A DNA stretch of 16,167 bases from Stigonema ocellatum SAG 48.90 = DSM 106950 (GTDB lineage Bacteria > Cyanobacteriota > Cyanobacteriia > Cyanobacteriales > Nostocaceae): NCBI GenBank assembly GCA_016903675.1, contig JADQBA010000180.1, positions 1-16,167 on the forward strand, written 5' to 3'. Numbering within the stretch: the first letter of the stretch is position 1; every line of letters begins with the position of its first letter. The notes below the pieces were generated by a model. That model was not told the DNA's origin. It ran no database searches and was given only the letters and a program-made list of their open reading frames with translations. Of the stretch, positions 1 through 7,743 are shown one piece after another. The position numbers were made by a program, and so were the translations under genes.

Positions 1-109
1 GTAAATTATTATAGTAATCCGCCACAGTTGCCAGTGGTGTGCCTTCATCAGGAGTAAAGCGTGGCAGTGATAAGCTTTTACGTACTCTGTTGGCAATGGC
101 AAAGGGCAT
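1..109 (-). CDS. 5' part of an unidentified gene running off the left window edge (MPFAIANRVRKSLSLPRFTPDEGTPLATVADYYNNL...)
   Basis: ATG on the minus strand at 109-107, preceded by GAAGGAGG (complement of 119-126) about 9 nt upstream. The frame stays open to position 1. It is absent from the ORF track only because fewer than 64 codons lie inside the window. No family recognised. Confidence 0.35.
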   Translation of the reverse strand, partial: MPFAIANRVRKSLSLPRFTPDEGTPLATVADYYNNL

Positions 110-572
110 TTTGTGCCGCCTCCTTCACAGTATCCTTAAGCAGGTCCATCATCCCAAAGGCATCAAGCAGTCGATCGGGATAGCAGTTGCTTACATCGAG
201 AGTCATACCCAAACTGAAATATGCCTTCTATCTGGGTTTGGACATCGCCCAACCACACCAAATCGGAATAATCTGAGAATTCTCGACCCTGGTATTGTTG
301 AGGACGTTCCCCTTCTCTACGTTTGGGAGCGTTATATCCACTACTTGCTTCACAGTTGAAATATTCCTCCAACTCAGGCTCTTTGAATACCGCCGCACCC
401 CCACCCCCCTGTTGAAGCAAGAGTTGCTGCCACCTTCCGGTCACTCACCAGCACGAGAAATTAATGCTTTGAGGCATGTATTACAAGAAAATGCCCTTTG
501 TTGGAATCCGGAATTCAAGACCAAGATTCTGTGGTAATAAATAGATAGGATGCCGTGAAACTAAGGTAGCAT

Positions 573-1013
573 ATGGAGCCATTGACTGCTGGGGCGATCG
601 CCATTGGGACTGTAATTGCGACTAAGGCTTTAGAAAAAACGGGCGAAAAGGTAGGCGAAGCTTTATGGGATAAAACTGGTAAGTTTCTGATCACGCTCAG
701 AAAACACTCTCCCCATACCGTAGTTGCTATTGAAAAAGCCCCCTCTCAAGCACTCGATTACGGTAAAGCTGTATTAGAGGTAGAATCAGCAGCTATTGCT
801 CATCCTGAAGTAAATCAAGCTGTGCAGGAACTGGTAGCTGAAGCATCCGCTAATCCACCATTGAACTATGCTCAAGCATTGAGAGAAATAAAAGAAGCTG
901 TGGAGAAATCTCAACTACAGTATACTCCCACTTTTATTCAAAACATCCAAAAAGCTATTAATGCGGCTCAAACTCAAGCCATTGACCAACGTAATAGTAC
1001 TTTCAATATTTGA
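573..1013 (+). CDS. 146-aa helical N-terminal module, in frame with the downstream NB-ARC/TPR gene (candidate effector or adaptor domain of the STAND protein)
   Basis: ATG 573 with AAGG at 564-567. Gly/Ala-rich hydrophobic helix LTAGAIAIGTVIATKAL followed by Glu/Lys/Ala-rich helical sequence. Same reading frame as ORF 1107..3200, separated from it only by TGA 1011-1013. No family recognised by eye. Confidence 0.55.
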   Translation: MEPLTAGAIAIGTVIATKALEKTGEKVGEALWDKTGKFLITLRKHSPHTVVAIEKAPSQALDYGKAVLEVESAAIAHPEVNQAVQELVAEASANPPLNYAQALREIKEAVEKSQLQYTPTFIQNIQKAINAAQTQAIDQRNSTFNI

Positions 1014-1106
1014 CTGGAGTCGTCCGACGGGAACCGGACAAAGTTAAATCCCCCAAATAATCTTCAGTTTACAGGCTCTGCTAACTTTGTAGGGCGATCG
1101 CATGAG

Positions 1107-3200
1107 ATGACCCTACTCCGTGATAGGTTGCAACAAAGAGGCGTTGTTGCCATCACTGCTGTTGCTGGTATGGGTGGAGTTGGTAAAACTGAATTAGCAA
1201 CGCAATACGCAAGACAGCATGAAGCTGATTACCCTGGTGGTATTTGCTGGTTATCAGCCAGAGAATCAGATTTAGCTGTGGAGATTGTGCAGTTCGCGCA
1301 GCTTCAGATGAAATTGGAAGTCCCACAACAAGATTTTCGTGGAAGGGTGTTGAGTCTGACTGAACAGGTGGAGTGGTGCTGGCAGCATTGGCAACCACCA
1401 GAGGGGTTGGCACTGATCATACTAGATGATGTCACATCTTTAGAGGGTTGTGGAGATTTTCTACCAAGGGCTAACCGATTTCGGGTGCTGATGACAACAC
1501 GGGTGCGGAATCTAGACCCTAATATTGAGGAGATTTCCTTAGATGTGCTGTCACCAGAATTCGCTTTGGAATTATTGACAAAACTCGTGGGTCAAAAGCG
1601 AGTACAAAGGGAACTGGAAGTAGCTAAACAATTGTGTGAATGGTTAGGTTATCTACCTCTGGGTTTGGAATTGGTGGGAAGGTATGTGGCGAAAAAACCT
1701 CCCAACTACAAGTTAGCCGAGATGTTAGAGCGCTTGAAAGCACAACGACTCTCAGATGAAGCGATTAATAGCGTCAGCGATTCCAAGAAAAAAAATCTCA
1801 GCACTGCACAGCGAGGAGTTTTAGCCGCATTTGAATTAAGCTGGCGCTCCCTTGATGAAATGACGCAGCGTGTTGCCGCATTATTAAGCTTGTTTGCACC
1901 AAATATCTTTGCTTGGGAATGGGTGGAGTCTGCAAGTGAATTGCTCAATTGGGTGGATGCTGATGTTCAGACAGCGAATGAGCAACTCTATGGATTTCAC
2001 TTGATTCAATGGGTAGAGGATACATCTGGTGAGTATAAAATTAGAATCCATACCCTAATTCGCGAGTTTCTGAAAGTTAAGCTAGCAGCATTAGAACAAG
2101 CTGATGTTTTGAAACGGGGTTTTGTAAAGGTAATGGTGGCGATCGCCCAAGATATTCCCTCGAACCCAACTGTGGAATTAATTACAAGAGTTAAAGATTA
2201 TATCCCACATTTAGCAGAGGTAGCACAAAATCTGATTGATGCAGTCAGTGATGAAAATTTATATTGGGTTTTTTATGGGTTAGACCGATTTTATTCTGGA
2301 CAGGGATTATATGCTCTAGCAGAACCTTGGTTAAAGCAATGTGTATCAGTAGTACAATCCCGCTTAGGAGAAGAGCATCCCTCTGTCGCCACCAGTTACA
2401 ACAACCTGGCTCTACTCTACGAATCCCAAGGAAGGTACCAAGATGCGGAACCACTGCATAAAAAAGCATTATTGCTCACGCAAAGGCTGCTGGGAGAAGA
2501 GCATCCCTCTGTCGCCACCAGTTACAACAACCTGGCAGGACTCTATCGTAACCAAGGTCAGTACAGCGAAGCGGAACCACTGTTTAAAAAAGCATTAGAA
2601 TTCAGGCAACGCCTACTGGGAGAAGAGCATCCGGATGTCGCCCAAAGTTACAACAACCTGGCAGGACTCTACGAATCCCAAGGTCGGTACAGCGAAGCGG
2701 AAACTCTGTTTAAAAAAGCATTAGAATTCAGGCAACGCCTGCTGGGAGAAGAGCATCCCTCTGTCGCCACCAGTTACAACAACCTGGCAGTACTCTACTC
2801 TGACCAAGGAAGGTACCAAGAAGCGGAACCACTGTATAAAAAAGCACTATTGCTCAGGCAAAGGCTGCTGGGAGAAGAGCATCCCTCTGTCGCCACCAGT
2901 TACAACGACCTGGCAGGACTCTATCGTAACCAAGGTCAGTACAGCGAAGCGGAACCTCTGTATAAAAAAGCATTAGAACTATTGCAACGCCTGCTGGGAG
3001 AAGAGCATCCCTCTGTCGCCACCAGTTACAACAACCTGGCTTATCTCTACGATAACCCAGGAAGGTACCAAGATGCGGAACCACTGTATAAAAAAGCATT
3101 GTCAATTGCTGAACTTAGCTTAGGGGTAGATCATCCCACAACAGCGACGATCCGTAAAAATCTCAAATCCTTACGCGATAATTATGCGGAAGCACCATAA
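1107..3200 (+). CDS. NLR-like STAND NTPase: NB-ARC domain plus C-terminal TPR array
   Basis: Walker A GMGGVGKT, Walker B LIILDDV, RVLMTTR, and GYLPLGLELVG (GLPL-type motif) match the NB-ARC/APAF-1-type core. The C-terminus carries six 42-aa TPR units plus a cap. The frame is already open and protein-like from 1014 (..NLQFTGSANFVGRSHEM..), so ATG 1107 is probably not the native N-terminus. Confidence 0.9.
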   Translation: MTLLRDRLQQRGVVAITAVAGMGGVGKTELATQYARQHEADYPGGICWLSARESDLAVEIVQFAQLQMKLEVPQQDFRGRVLSLTEQVEWCWQHWQPPEGLALIILDDVTSLEGCGDFLPRANRFRVLMTTRVRNLDPNIEEISLDVLSPEFALELLTKLVGQKRVQRELEVAKQLCEWLGYLPLGLELVGRYVAKKPPNYKLAEMLERLKAQRLSDEAINSVSDSKKKNLSTAQRGVLAAFELSWRSLDEMTQRVAALLSLFAPNIFAWEWVESASELLNWVDADVQTANEQLYGFHLIQWVEDTSGEYKIRIHTLIREFLKVKLAALEQADVLKRGFVKVMVAIAQDIPSNPTVELITRVKDYIPHLAEVAQNLIDAVSDENLYWVFYGLDRFYSGQGLYALAEPWLKQCVSVVQSRLGEEHPSVATSYNNLALLYESQGRYQDAEPLHKKALLLTQRLLGEEHPSVATSYNNLAGLYRNQGQYSEAEPLFKKALEFRQRLLGEEHPDVAQSYNNLAGLYESQGRYSEAETLFKKALEFRQRLLGEEHPSVATSYNNLAVLYSDQGRYQEAEPLYKKALLLRQRLLGEEHPSVATSYNDLAGLYRNQGQYSEAEPLYKKALELLQRLLGEEHPSVATSYNNLAYLYDNPGRYQDAEPLYKKALSIAELSLGVDHPTTATIRKNLKSLRDNYAEAP
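2364..3119 (+). repeat. Six tandem 126-nt (42-aa) TPR-coding units, near-identical at DNA level
   Basis: Units start at 2364, 2490, 2616, 2742, 2868 and 2994. Consensus LGEEHPSVATSYNNLAxLYxxQGxYxxAEPLxKKALxxxQRL. A degenerate cap follows at 3120-3197. Confidence 0.95.
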
Positions 3201-3511
3201 ACAGCGTTCTAGGGCTGGACTACAAAAAAGAGGTATTTCGTGTAATAGGTGGCGAAAAGTATTGAAACTCCGTTGCTCCCTTTTGGACAGGTTCCCAGGT
3301 GATAGCCAAGTCACAGTAAATTTAGAACAGGGGGAAATTAAAAAGTCTCCTCACTTTAAACAAGCTGGTAAATCACAACCACAGTAGCCATCCGACCAGT
3401 CAGAATCATCTTCATCACAGACACACTCATCATAGTCAACCCACTCCTCATAGGTATAGCCAGAAGGCTTGCGCTGTTGAATTTTGTGCTTTTACCCCCC
3501 GGATGACCAAA

Positions 3512-3893
3512 TTTTGAATCATACCCTGACCAAAAGTTAACGCTATTTCAAGGGTTATAGTCAAAACGGATGAGTAAGTTTTGCATCAAATCGTGACCGC
3601 GTGTTCTAAATTTGCATCATAATAGATCCTAAAGTTTTCAAAACCAAAAAGAGAAAAATTCGACGGCATAATAACCGACTTGTGATTTGAATCATAATTT
3701 GGTTCTTGGCAACTTTTGGTCACGCTATGGTTCAAATCACACGACTCATAGTGAATAAGAAGACAAAATATGGTTCAAAGTGACTAAAATATGGTTCAAT
3801 TCAGATTGAACGGGATTTTTATTCGACTGTTGTGAGGGTTATAAACTCCGTGTAGCGCTCTTGTTACGCCATTTATGTGAGGTTCAAATGAAC
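3512..3893. repeat. Cluster of TATGRTTCAAA(TCACA)-type short repeats, including a 16-bp-stem hairpin at 3681-3742
   Basis: Copies read by eye: 3512-3523 (minus orientation), 3681-3696 (minus), 3727-3742 (plus), 3770-3779 and 3791-3800 (plus, 21-nt spacing, both preceded by AAAAT), and 3881-3889 (plus). 3681-3696 and 3727-3742 are inverted copies with one T/C difference. Confidence 0.7.
3680..3701. repeat. Left arm of a perfect 22-bp inverted repeat (TTGTGATTTGAATCATAATTTG)
   Basis: Exact reverse complement of 5775-5796. Both arms also have GGTCACG/CGTGACC nearby on the side of the longer arm extension (3718-3724, and 5761-5767 which lies just outside the right arm). Confidence 0.9.
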
Positions 3894-4022
3894 AGTAGCA
3901 CAGGCGTTTTGATCGGCACTGAGCGCGTTCGCCAGTCCGGGACGGCTTATAGCCACGGAATAACACAATTATGTATTATAAATGTATTACATAAATTCAT
4001 AAAGTTTAACTTACAAAAATGA
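3888..4022 (+). CDS. Possible 44-codon upstream ORF translationally coupled to the kinase-like gene
   Basis: GAGG at 3879-3882 lies 5 nt before ATG 3888. Its TGA (4020-4022) overlaps the ATG (4019-4021) of the next gene in an ATGA arrangement. The downstream gene has no obvious SD of its own. The second half is AT-rich and could equally be non-coding. Confidence 0.3.
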   Translation: MNSSTGVLIGTERVRQSGTAYSHGITQLCIINVLHKFIKFNLQK

Positions 4023-5104
4023 ATGGTGAAGTCATTACTGATATTCGTCAAATAACTCTTGACTGGCTCAATTCAGTGCTTATTGGTAGTGCCGCACTGG
4101 TTACAGGCAAAGTCCTTGATTTTGCTATGGAAGTCAAAGGAAGTGAAAATGCCCGGATTGTAAAAATCCGGCCTCAATATAAACAAGGAGCAACTGGTAC
4201 AACGCCTGCAATGCTGTTGCTGAAAATGTGTTTAGGCAATAATACTACTTTTGGAGATTCAGAAGTCAATTACTATACGCGGGATTACATTGATCTAATA
4301 AATCGACCGCTACCGATAAGCTACCATGCACGATATGCACAGAACCCTCCTCGCTATCACATTCTCATGGAAGACCTATCTGCAAGCCATAGTCCTAGTT
4401 GGAAAATTAAGCCAACACTTGCATACGGATGTGCAGTTGCTCAAGCCCTAGCTACATTGCACGCACATTGGTGGGGAAGCGAAAAGTTAGAGGCCATTGG
4501 TGCTAATATTCCCAGCCACAGTGAAATTGAGCGATACGTGGCTCATGCCCAACCAGGATTACTACCAATGTTGTCGGAGGTTAGGAGTGAAATTGATAGA
4601 GAGTGGCAGTCAGTACTTATGGATGTGTTTCAGTACCATCCAGGCAAGATGATTGAGCGCACTTCCAACTCATCTGGCTTCACATTGATTCACGGTGATG
4701 TTAACCCTGGTAATATTCTTTATCCATTAAATGGAGAGGGAAAAATTTATCTGATTGACCGCCAGCCGTTTGATTGGTCACTAACTACTTGGCTGGGAGT
4801 CAGCGATATTGCGTATATGATGGTGCATTGGTGGGAACCCAATTGGCGACGGCAATTAGAAATTCCTATCTTACGCGAATATCATACAAATCTTTTAAGC
4901 AATGGTGTGTCTGGTTACGATTGGGAGCAACTGATAAACGACTATAAACTGGCTGCTGTTCAAAGTCTTTACGTTGCTTGTCAGTGGTGTGTCTCTCCCC
5001 AAGAGCGTCGCCAGATGAAATGGGTATGGCTTCCGCAACTGCTCAAGTCGATGACAGCTTTCTTTGACTTGCGCTGTTCTGAGTTATGGACATTGTGGAA
5101 ATAG
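4019..5104 (+). CDS. Kinase-fold phosphotransferase (APH / choline-kinase / EcKL-like family)
   Basis: Catalytic-loop motif LIHGDVNPGNILY and downstream YLIDRQPFDW (metal-binding Asp), as in the aminoglycoside/ecdysteroid-kinase-like phosphotransferase fold. 361 aa, a typical size. Confidence 0.7.
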   Translation: MNGEVITDIRQITLDWLNSVLIGSAALVTGKVLDFAMEVKGSENARIVKIRPQYKQGATGTTPAMLLLKMCLGNNTTFGDSEVNYYTRDYIDLINRPLPISYHARYAQNPPRYHILMEDLSASHSPSWKIKPTLAYGCAVAQALATLHAHWWGSEKLEAIGANIPSHSEIERYVAHAQPGLLPMLSEVRSEIDREWQSVLMDVFQYHPGKMIERTSNSSGFTLIHGDVNPGNILYPLNGEGKIYLIDRQPFDWSLTTWLGVSDIAYMMVHWWEPNWRRQLEIPILREYHTNLLSNGVSGYDWEQLINDYKLAAVQSLYVACQWCVSPQERRQMKWVWLPQLLKSMTAFFDLRCSELWTLWK

Positions 5105-5482
5105 ATGCGTTGGTTTCTAAGCCTAGAGCGGATCATACCTGTAGTTGGTAATCACACTCGCTACATAAGCAGGATTAATAGACCAACGTGAAAATGCGGG
5201 TTGTAGCGATTGGGAATGATAAGTTGAATTTGATGGCTCCTTGTCGCGGTTGTGACCCCAACGAAGGTACAATACTTGTGGTCACTAATTACACGTTTTA
5301 GCAGTTATCTCGTCCATAACGCTCACAACGTATACCAGGTAATAATTTCACGTTGTTTATGCTTTTCACAGCGATGAAATAGTCTCTCAAAGGGGTACTC
5401 ACTCAGCACCAGTTTAAAGGGCAGTGATATGCTGTCTGGTGTCTCTTGGTAAGCGCACCCGCTCTCACTTTCATTTTTCACC

Positions 5483-5509
5483 TACGTCGCTCACGTCGCT
5501 TACGTCGTG
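5483..5509. repeat. Three tandem 9-mers (TACGTCGCT CACGTCGCT TACGTCGTG)
   Basis: Read directly from the sequence. Lies in a stretch with no convincing ORF. Confidence 0.8.
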
Positions 5510-5774
5510 AAACGAGTCGTACTTATCTATGAACAACGGTGCATCAAGTGGGTTTTGAAGACCATTGTTGTTGTTGTTTCAGGAAAATATTTAGAACGAC
5601 ATAATATGACAATAGCGTTGCGCTCCCACCCCCTCGCCGCCGCCCAACCTGGATATAACTGCTACCTAAGAAAGTTGACTTTGTGCATTTTTCGGGAATT
5701 TTTTAGAACTCACGGCTCAACTATGAAGCATATCTTGTCCTAACTGCTTTTGAAGTATTTCGTGACCGTTTGGT

Positions 5775-5796
5775 CAAATTATGATTCAAATCACAA
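5775..5796. repeat. Right arm of the perfect 22-bp inverted repeat (CAAATTATGATTCAAATCACAA)
   Basis: Exact reverse complement of 3680-3701. Contains the same 16-mer TATGATTCAAATCACA (5780-5795) as the repeat cluster at 3681-3742. Confidence 0.9.
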
Positions 5797-6438
5797 ATTT
5801 CCTCACCGAGAGTAAGTAAACTTTTGTAGGCATAAAAGTACAGCCAGAATTGCCGCGACTCTGTACTCCAGTAACTTTGTGGGAACCAGCGTGGCTTACC
5901 CTTGTAGTCCAGGTATCTTGGGCAGTGCTGTGTGAGTAGGTTCTCTAGTTTTCTTTTGTTGTGGGTGCAGTGTACGCGAGTTTCTGGTTGCAAGAGATAC
6001 GCTAAAAAACTCCAAGGTGGCTTAGCTGACTCCGTAAAGACTAGCTTATAAGCCTTTTCTAACTGCTTTCTAGTATGTCGTAAGTTTATTTTGGTATGAG
6101 GGGTTTTGGAGATAGGTTATACGGTCAAGAGGGGTCATAGCTTGTCGTCAATGGGAGTATTACCATTAATTTAATAACGAGCGGACAATCTTCTATAAAG
6201 CTTACACCATCTTAGTTTCAGCCGCCTTCGTCAAAATTTCGTGTTTCGTCACAGTGACCCCGTTTGGAGCGAATGCGATTCTAGGGGCAATTCATGGGAA
6301 AAAATGATTTTGATGTATTGTATCGCCAATTCATTTTAAGCCCCTTAAATCGCTTTCTGAAAGGTCTTTTTTTTGGTCTGTTCAGGTGGGAGCCGTCCGG
6401 GAGAGTCGAGGGAAATGGTTTACACTTGGCTATAAGAT

Positions 6439-6481
6439 CCATGTCCTCTCTCATCTGATAATTGTAGACATGTGGACATGT
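6439..6481. promoter_or_regulatory. Candidate partition operator/centromere-like motif cluster upstream of parA
   Basis: CCATGTCC (6439-6446, inverted), TAGACATGT (6465-6473) and GTGGACATGT (6472-6481) lie 40-80 nt upstream of the parA ATG. The exact 9-mer GTGGACATG recurs at 7119-7127 and 7159-7167. Confidence 0.35.
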
Positions 6482-6519
6482 ATAGAAGTACAACTGTGTA
6501 GGTGTGAGAGTTTCTTTAT

Positions 6520-7146
6520 ATGAAAGTAATAGCAATCGTGTCGAGAAAAGGTGGGAGCGGGAAGTCAACTATTGCAATTCACTTAGCTGTTGCTGCGTCA
6601 ATAGCAGGTAAGGAAACAGCAATTATTGACTTAGACCCGCAGTCATCAGCAGCAAAGTGGTCAGATTCTCGCTCGGCAGAATTCCCCGTTGTGGTTTCTG
6701 CTCAGGCTTCCCGACTGGAGAAGGTATTAGAAGCAGCAGAAAAAGAGGGGGCAGATTTGGTTTTTATTGATACCTCCCCACACACAGAAACAGCGGCTCT
6801 TGCTGCTATTCGTGCAGCTGATTTAATCTTGGTTCCTTGCCGCCCGTCGATTGTGGATTTACGCGCCATTGATGACACTATCGATTTGATTAAGCTAGCG
6901 AAAAAAACATCTGTTGCCGCCGCAGTTCTCAATGGTGTTCCACCCCAAGGGTCACTGGGAGATGAAGCCGTTGAAGCGATCGCTGGTTATGGTATAGCTG
7001 TTGCCCCAGTCAAAATTGGGCATAGATCCGCATTCGTTCGCTCGCTCACAGATGGGCTAACCGCTATTGAATACGAGCCAAAAGGTAAAGCAGCAAAAGA
7101 AATTAATGCTTTGTACAAGTGGACATGTACACAAGTTAAAGTGTAA
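6520..7146 (+). CDS. parA: ParA/Soj-family partition ATPase (small, type-Ib-like, no N-terminal HTH)
   Basis: Deviant Walker A SRKGGSGKST at the N-terminus, IIDLDPQ, and Walker B-like LVFIDTSP. 208 aa. Followed by a small RHH gene. Confidence 0.9.
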   Translation: MKVIAIVSRKGGSGKSTIAIHLAVAASIAGKETAIIDLDPQSSAAKWSDSRSAEFPVVVSAQASRLEKVLEAAEKEGADLVFIDTSPHTETAALAAIRAADLILVPCRPSIVDLRAIDDTIDLIKLAKKTSVAAAVLNGVPPQGSLGDEAVEAIAGYGIAVAPVKIGHRSAFVRSLTDGLTAIEYEPKGKAAKEINALYKWTCTQVKV

Positions 7147-7164
7147 AAAAGTGGAGGAGTGGAC

Positions 7165-7446
7165 ATGAACCCAAAGAAGACGACGAAACTAGGCAATGCT
7201 TTACATAAGGCTAAAGAGTCCCCAGTAGCCGAGGTTGCAGCACAAGAAGAACAGCCGCAAGAAAACCAAAAATATCCGTTACCACCAAGTCGCCAAGGAA
7301 CCCGAACAATAGCTGGTCATTTTGATCCAGCGGTAGCTATTCAGTTGAAAAGGATGGCAGCAGAGAAAGAAACTACGGTACAAGCTTTATTGACAGAAGC
7401 GTTAAACCTCTTGTTTGAAAAACATGGTGAGAAACCAATAGCTTAA
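7165..7446 (+). CDS. Ribbon-helix-helix (CopG/ParG-like) centromere-binding partner of ParA
   Basis: GGAGGAG at 7153-7159 lies 5 nt before ATG 7165 (the ORF track starts at GTG 7159). Disordered Lys/Glu/Pro-rich N-terminus. The C-terminal TIAGHFDPAVAIQLKRMAAEKETTVQALLTEALNLLFEKHG fits a strand-helix-helix pattern. Position immediately 3' of parA. Confidence 0.7.
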   Translation: MNPKKTTKLGNALHKAKESPVAEVAAQEEQPQENQKYPLPPSRQGTRTIAGHFDPAVAIQLKRMAAEKETTVQALLTEALNLLFEKHGEKPIA

Positions 7447-7743
7447 TTCAAGGTTAGAGCCGATGGGTACGCTCATCACCTATTTCGGGTGGCGATCGCA
7501 ACGAAAAATTGGTTTTTATTGAGAATTAAGACCCAATCCCACAAAATCGCATTGCTCCCCTCTAATGAAGACGTGGCGAGGTGTGTTATCAATTTCAACC
7601 TTGCCAGTTTCGGCTAATACTGTACCTAAAGGAGTACTGATAGCCTACGGGTCTTTTCCTGCTACGGTGAGATTTTTATAAGAAACTGCCTATTGTAAAG
7701 TACTTCAGAACACCGACACGCTTTACAACATTTAAAGGATTTT

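Noticed and set aside
397-410. C-rich run CACCCCCACCCCCCT (GGGG on the minus strand) as a possible second Tn3-type terminal repeat
   Set aside because: The sequence following the G-run bears no resemblance to the candidate IR at 11507 or to the inner ..CACGNTAAG part of Tn3-family IRs.
39-537. Overlapping ORFs 39..359(+), 163..444(-) and 295..537(+)
   Set aside because: They mutually overlap, have no recognisable motifs or SDs, and have odd composition. The region is more simply the divergent intergenic space between the partial minus-strand gene (1..109) and the ATG at 573, perhaps with gene debris.
1011-1040. TGA plus downstream hairpin as a selenocysteine (SECIS) site
   Set aside because: The stem is only 5 bp with no extended SECIS-like structure. 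A Sec residue in a disordered inter-domain linker has no rationale. A nonsense mutation or leaky stop is far more likely.
1153-1948. Antisense ORFs 1153..1413(-) and 1706..1948(-)
   Set aside because: They lie entirely within the NB-ARC coding region on the opposite strand, with no motifs and no SD.
2245-3105. ORFs 2245..2469(-), 2264..2461(+) and 2854..3105(-) inside the TPR array
   Set aside because: They lie antisense or out of frame within a strongly supported coding repeat. Their length results from the 126-nt periodicity lacking stops, and their sequences are low-complexity and repeat themselves.
2364-3119. Regular 126-nt repeats as a possible CRISPR array
   Set aside because: The repeats are contiguous with no unique spacers, lie in frame within a CDS and encode TPR motifs.
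3184-3387. ORF 3184..3387(+), overlapping the end of the NLR gene
   Set aside because: No SD, basic low-complexity sequence, and overlap with a more protein-like minus-strand fragment.
3351-3491. Minus-strand frame KHKIQQRKPSGYTYEEWVDYDECVCDEDDSDWSDGYCGCDLPACLK-stop
   Set aside because: It reads like the C-terminus of a real protein, but it has no start codon and a TAA immediately upstream (next to a G6 run). At best it is a gene remnant, and I cannot identify a family.
5507-5993. ORFs 5507..5743(+) and 5721..5993(-)
   Set aside because: No motifs or SDs. The minus-strand ORF runs into the 22-bp repeat arm and may be a truncated remnant. Not supportable as genes.
6281-7196. ORFs 6281..6568(-), 6702..6932(-) and 6987..7196(-)
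   Set aside because: They are antisense to, or overlap the promoter and start of, the well-supported parA gene. The Ala/Ser-rich sequences are typical of antisense frames.
7500-7645. Minus-strand frame AISTPLGTVLAETGKVEIDNTPRHVFIRGEQCDFVGLGLNSQ-stop
   Set aside because: It looks protein-like, but it is preceded directly by TAG and contains no start codon. Possibly a remnant, not callable.
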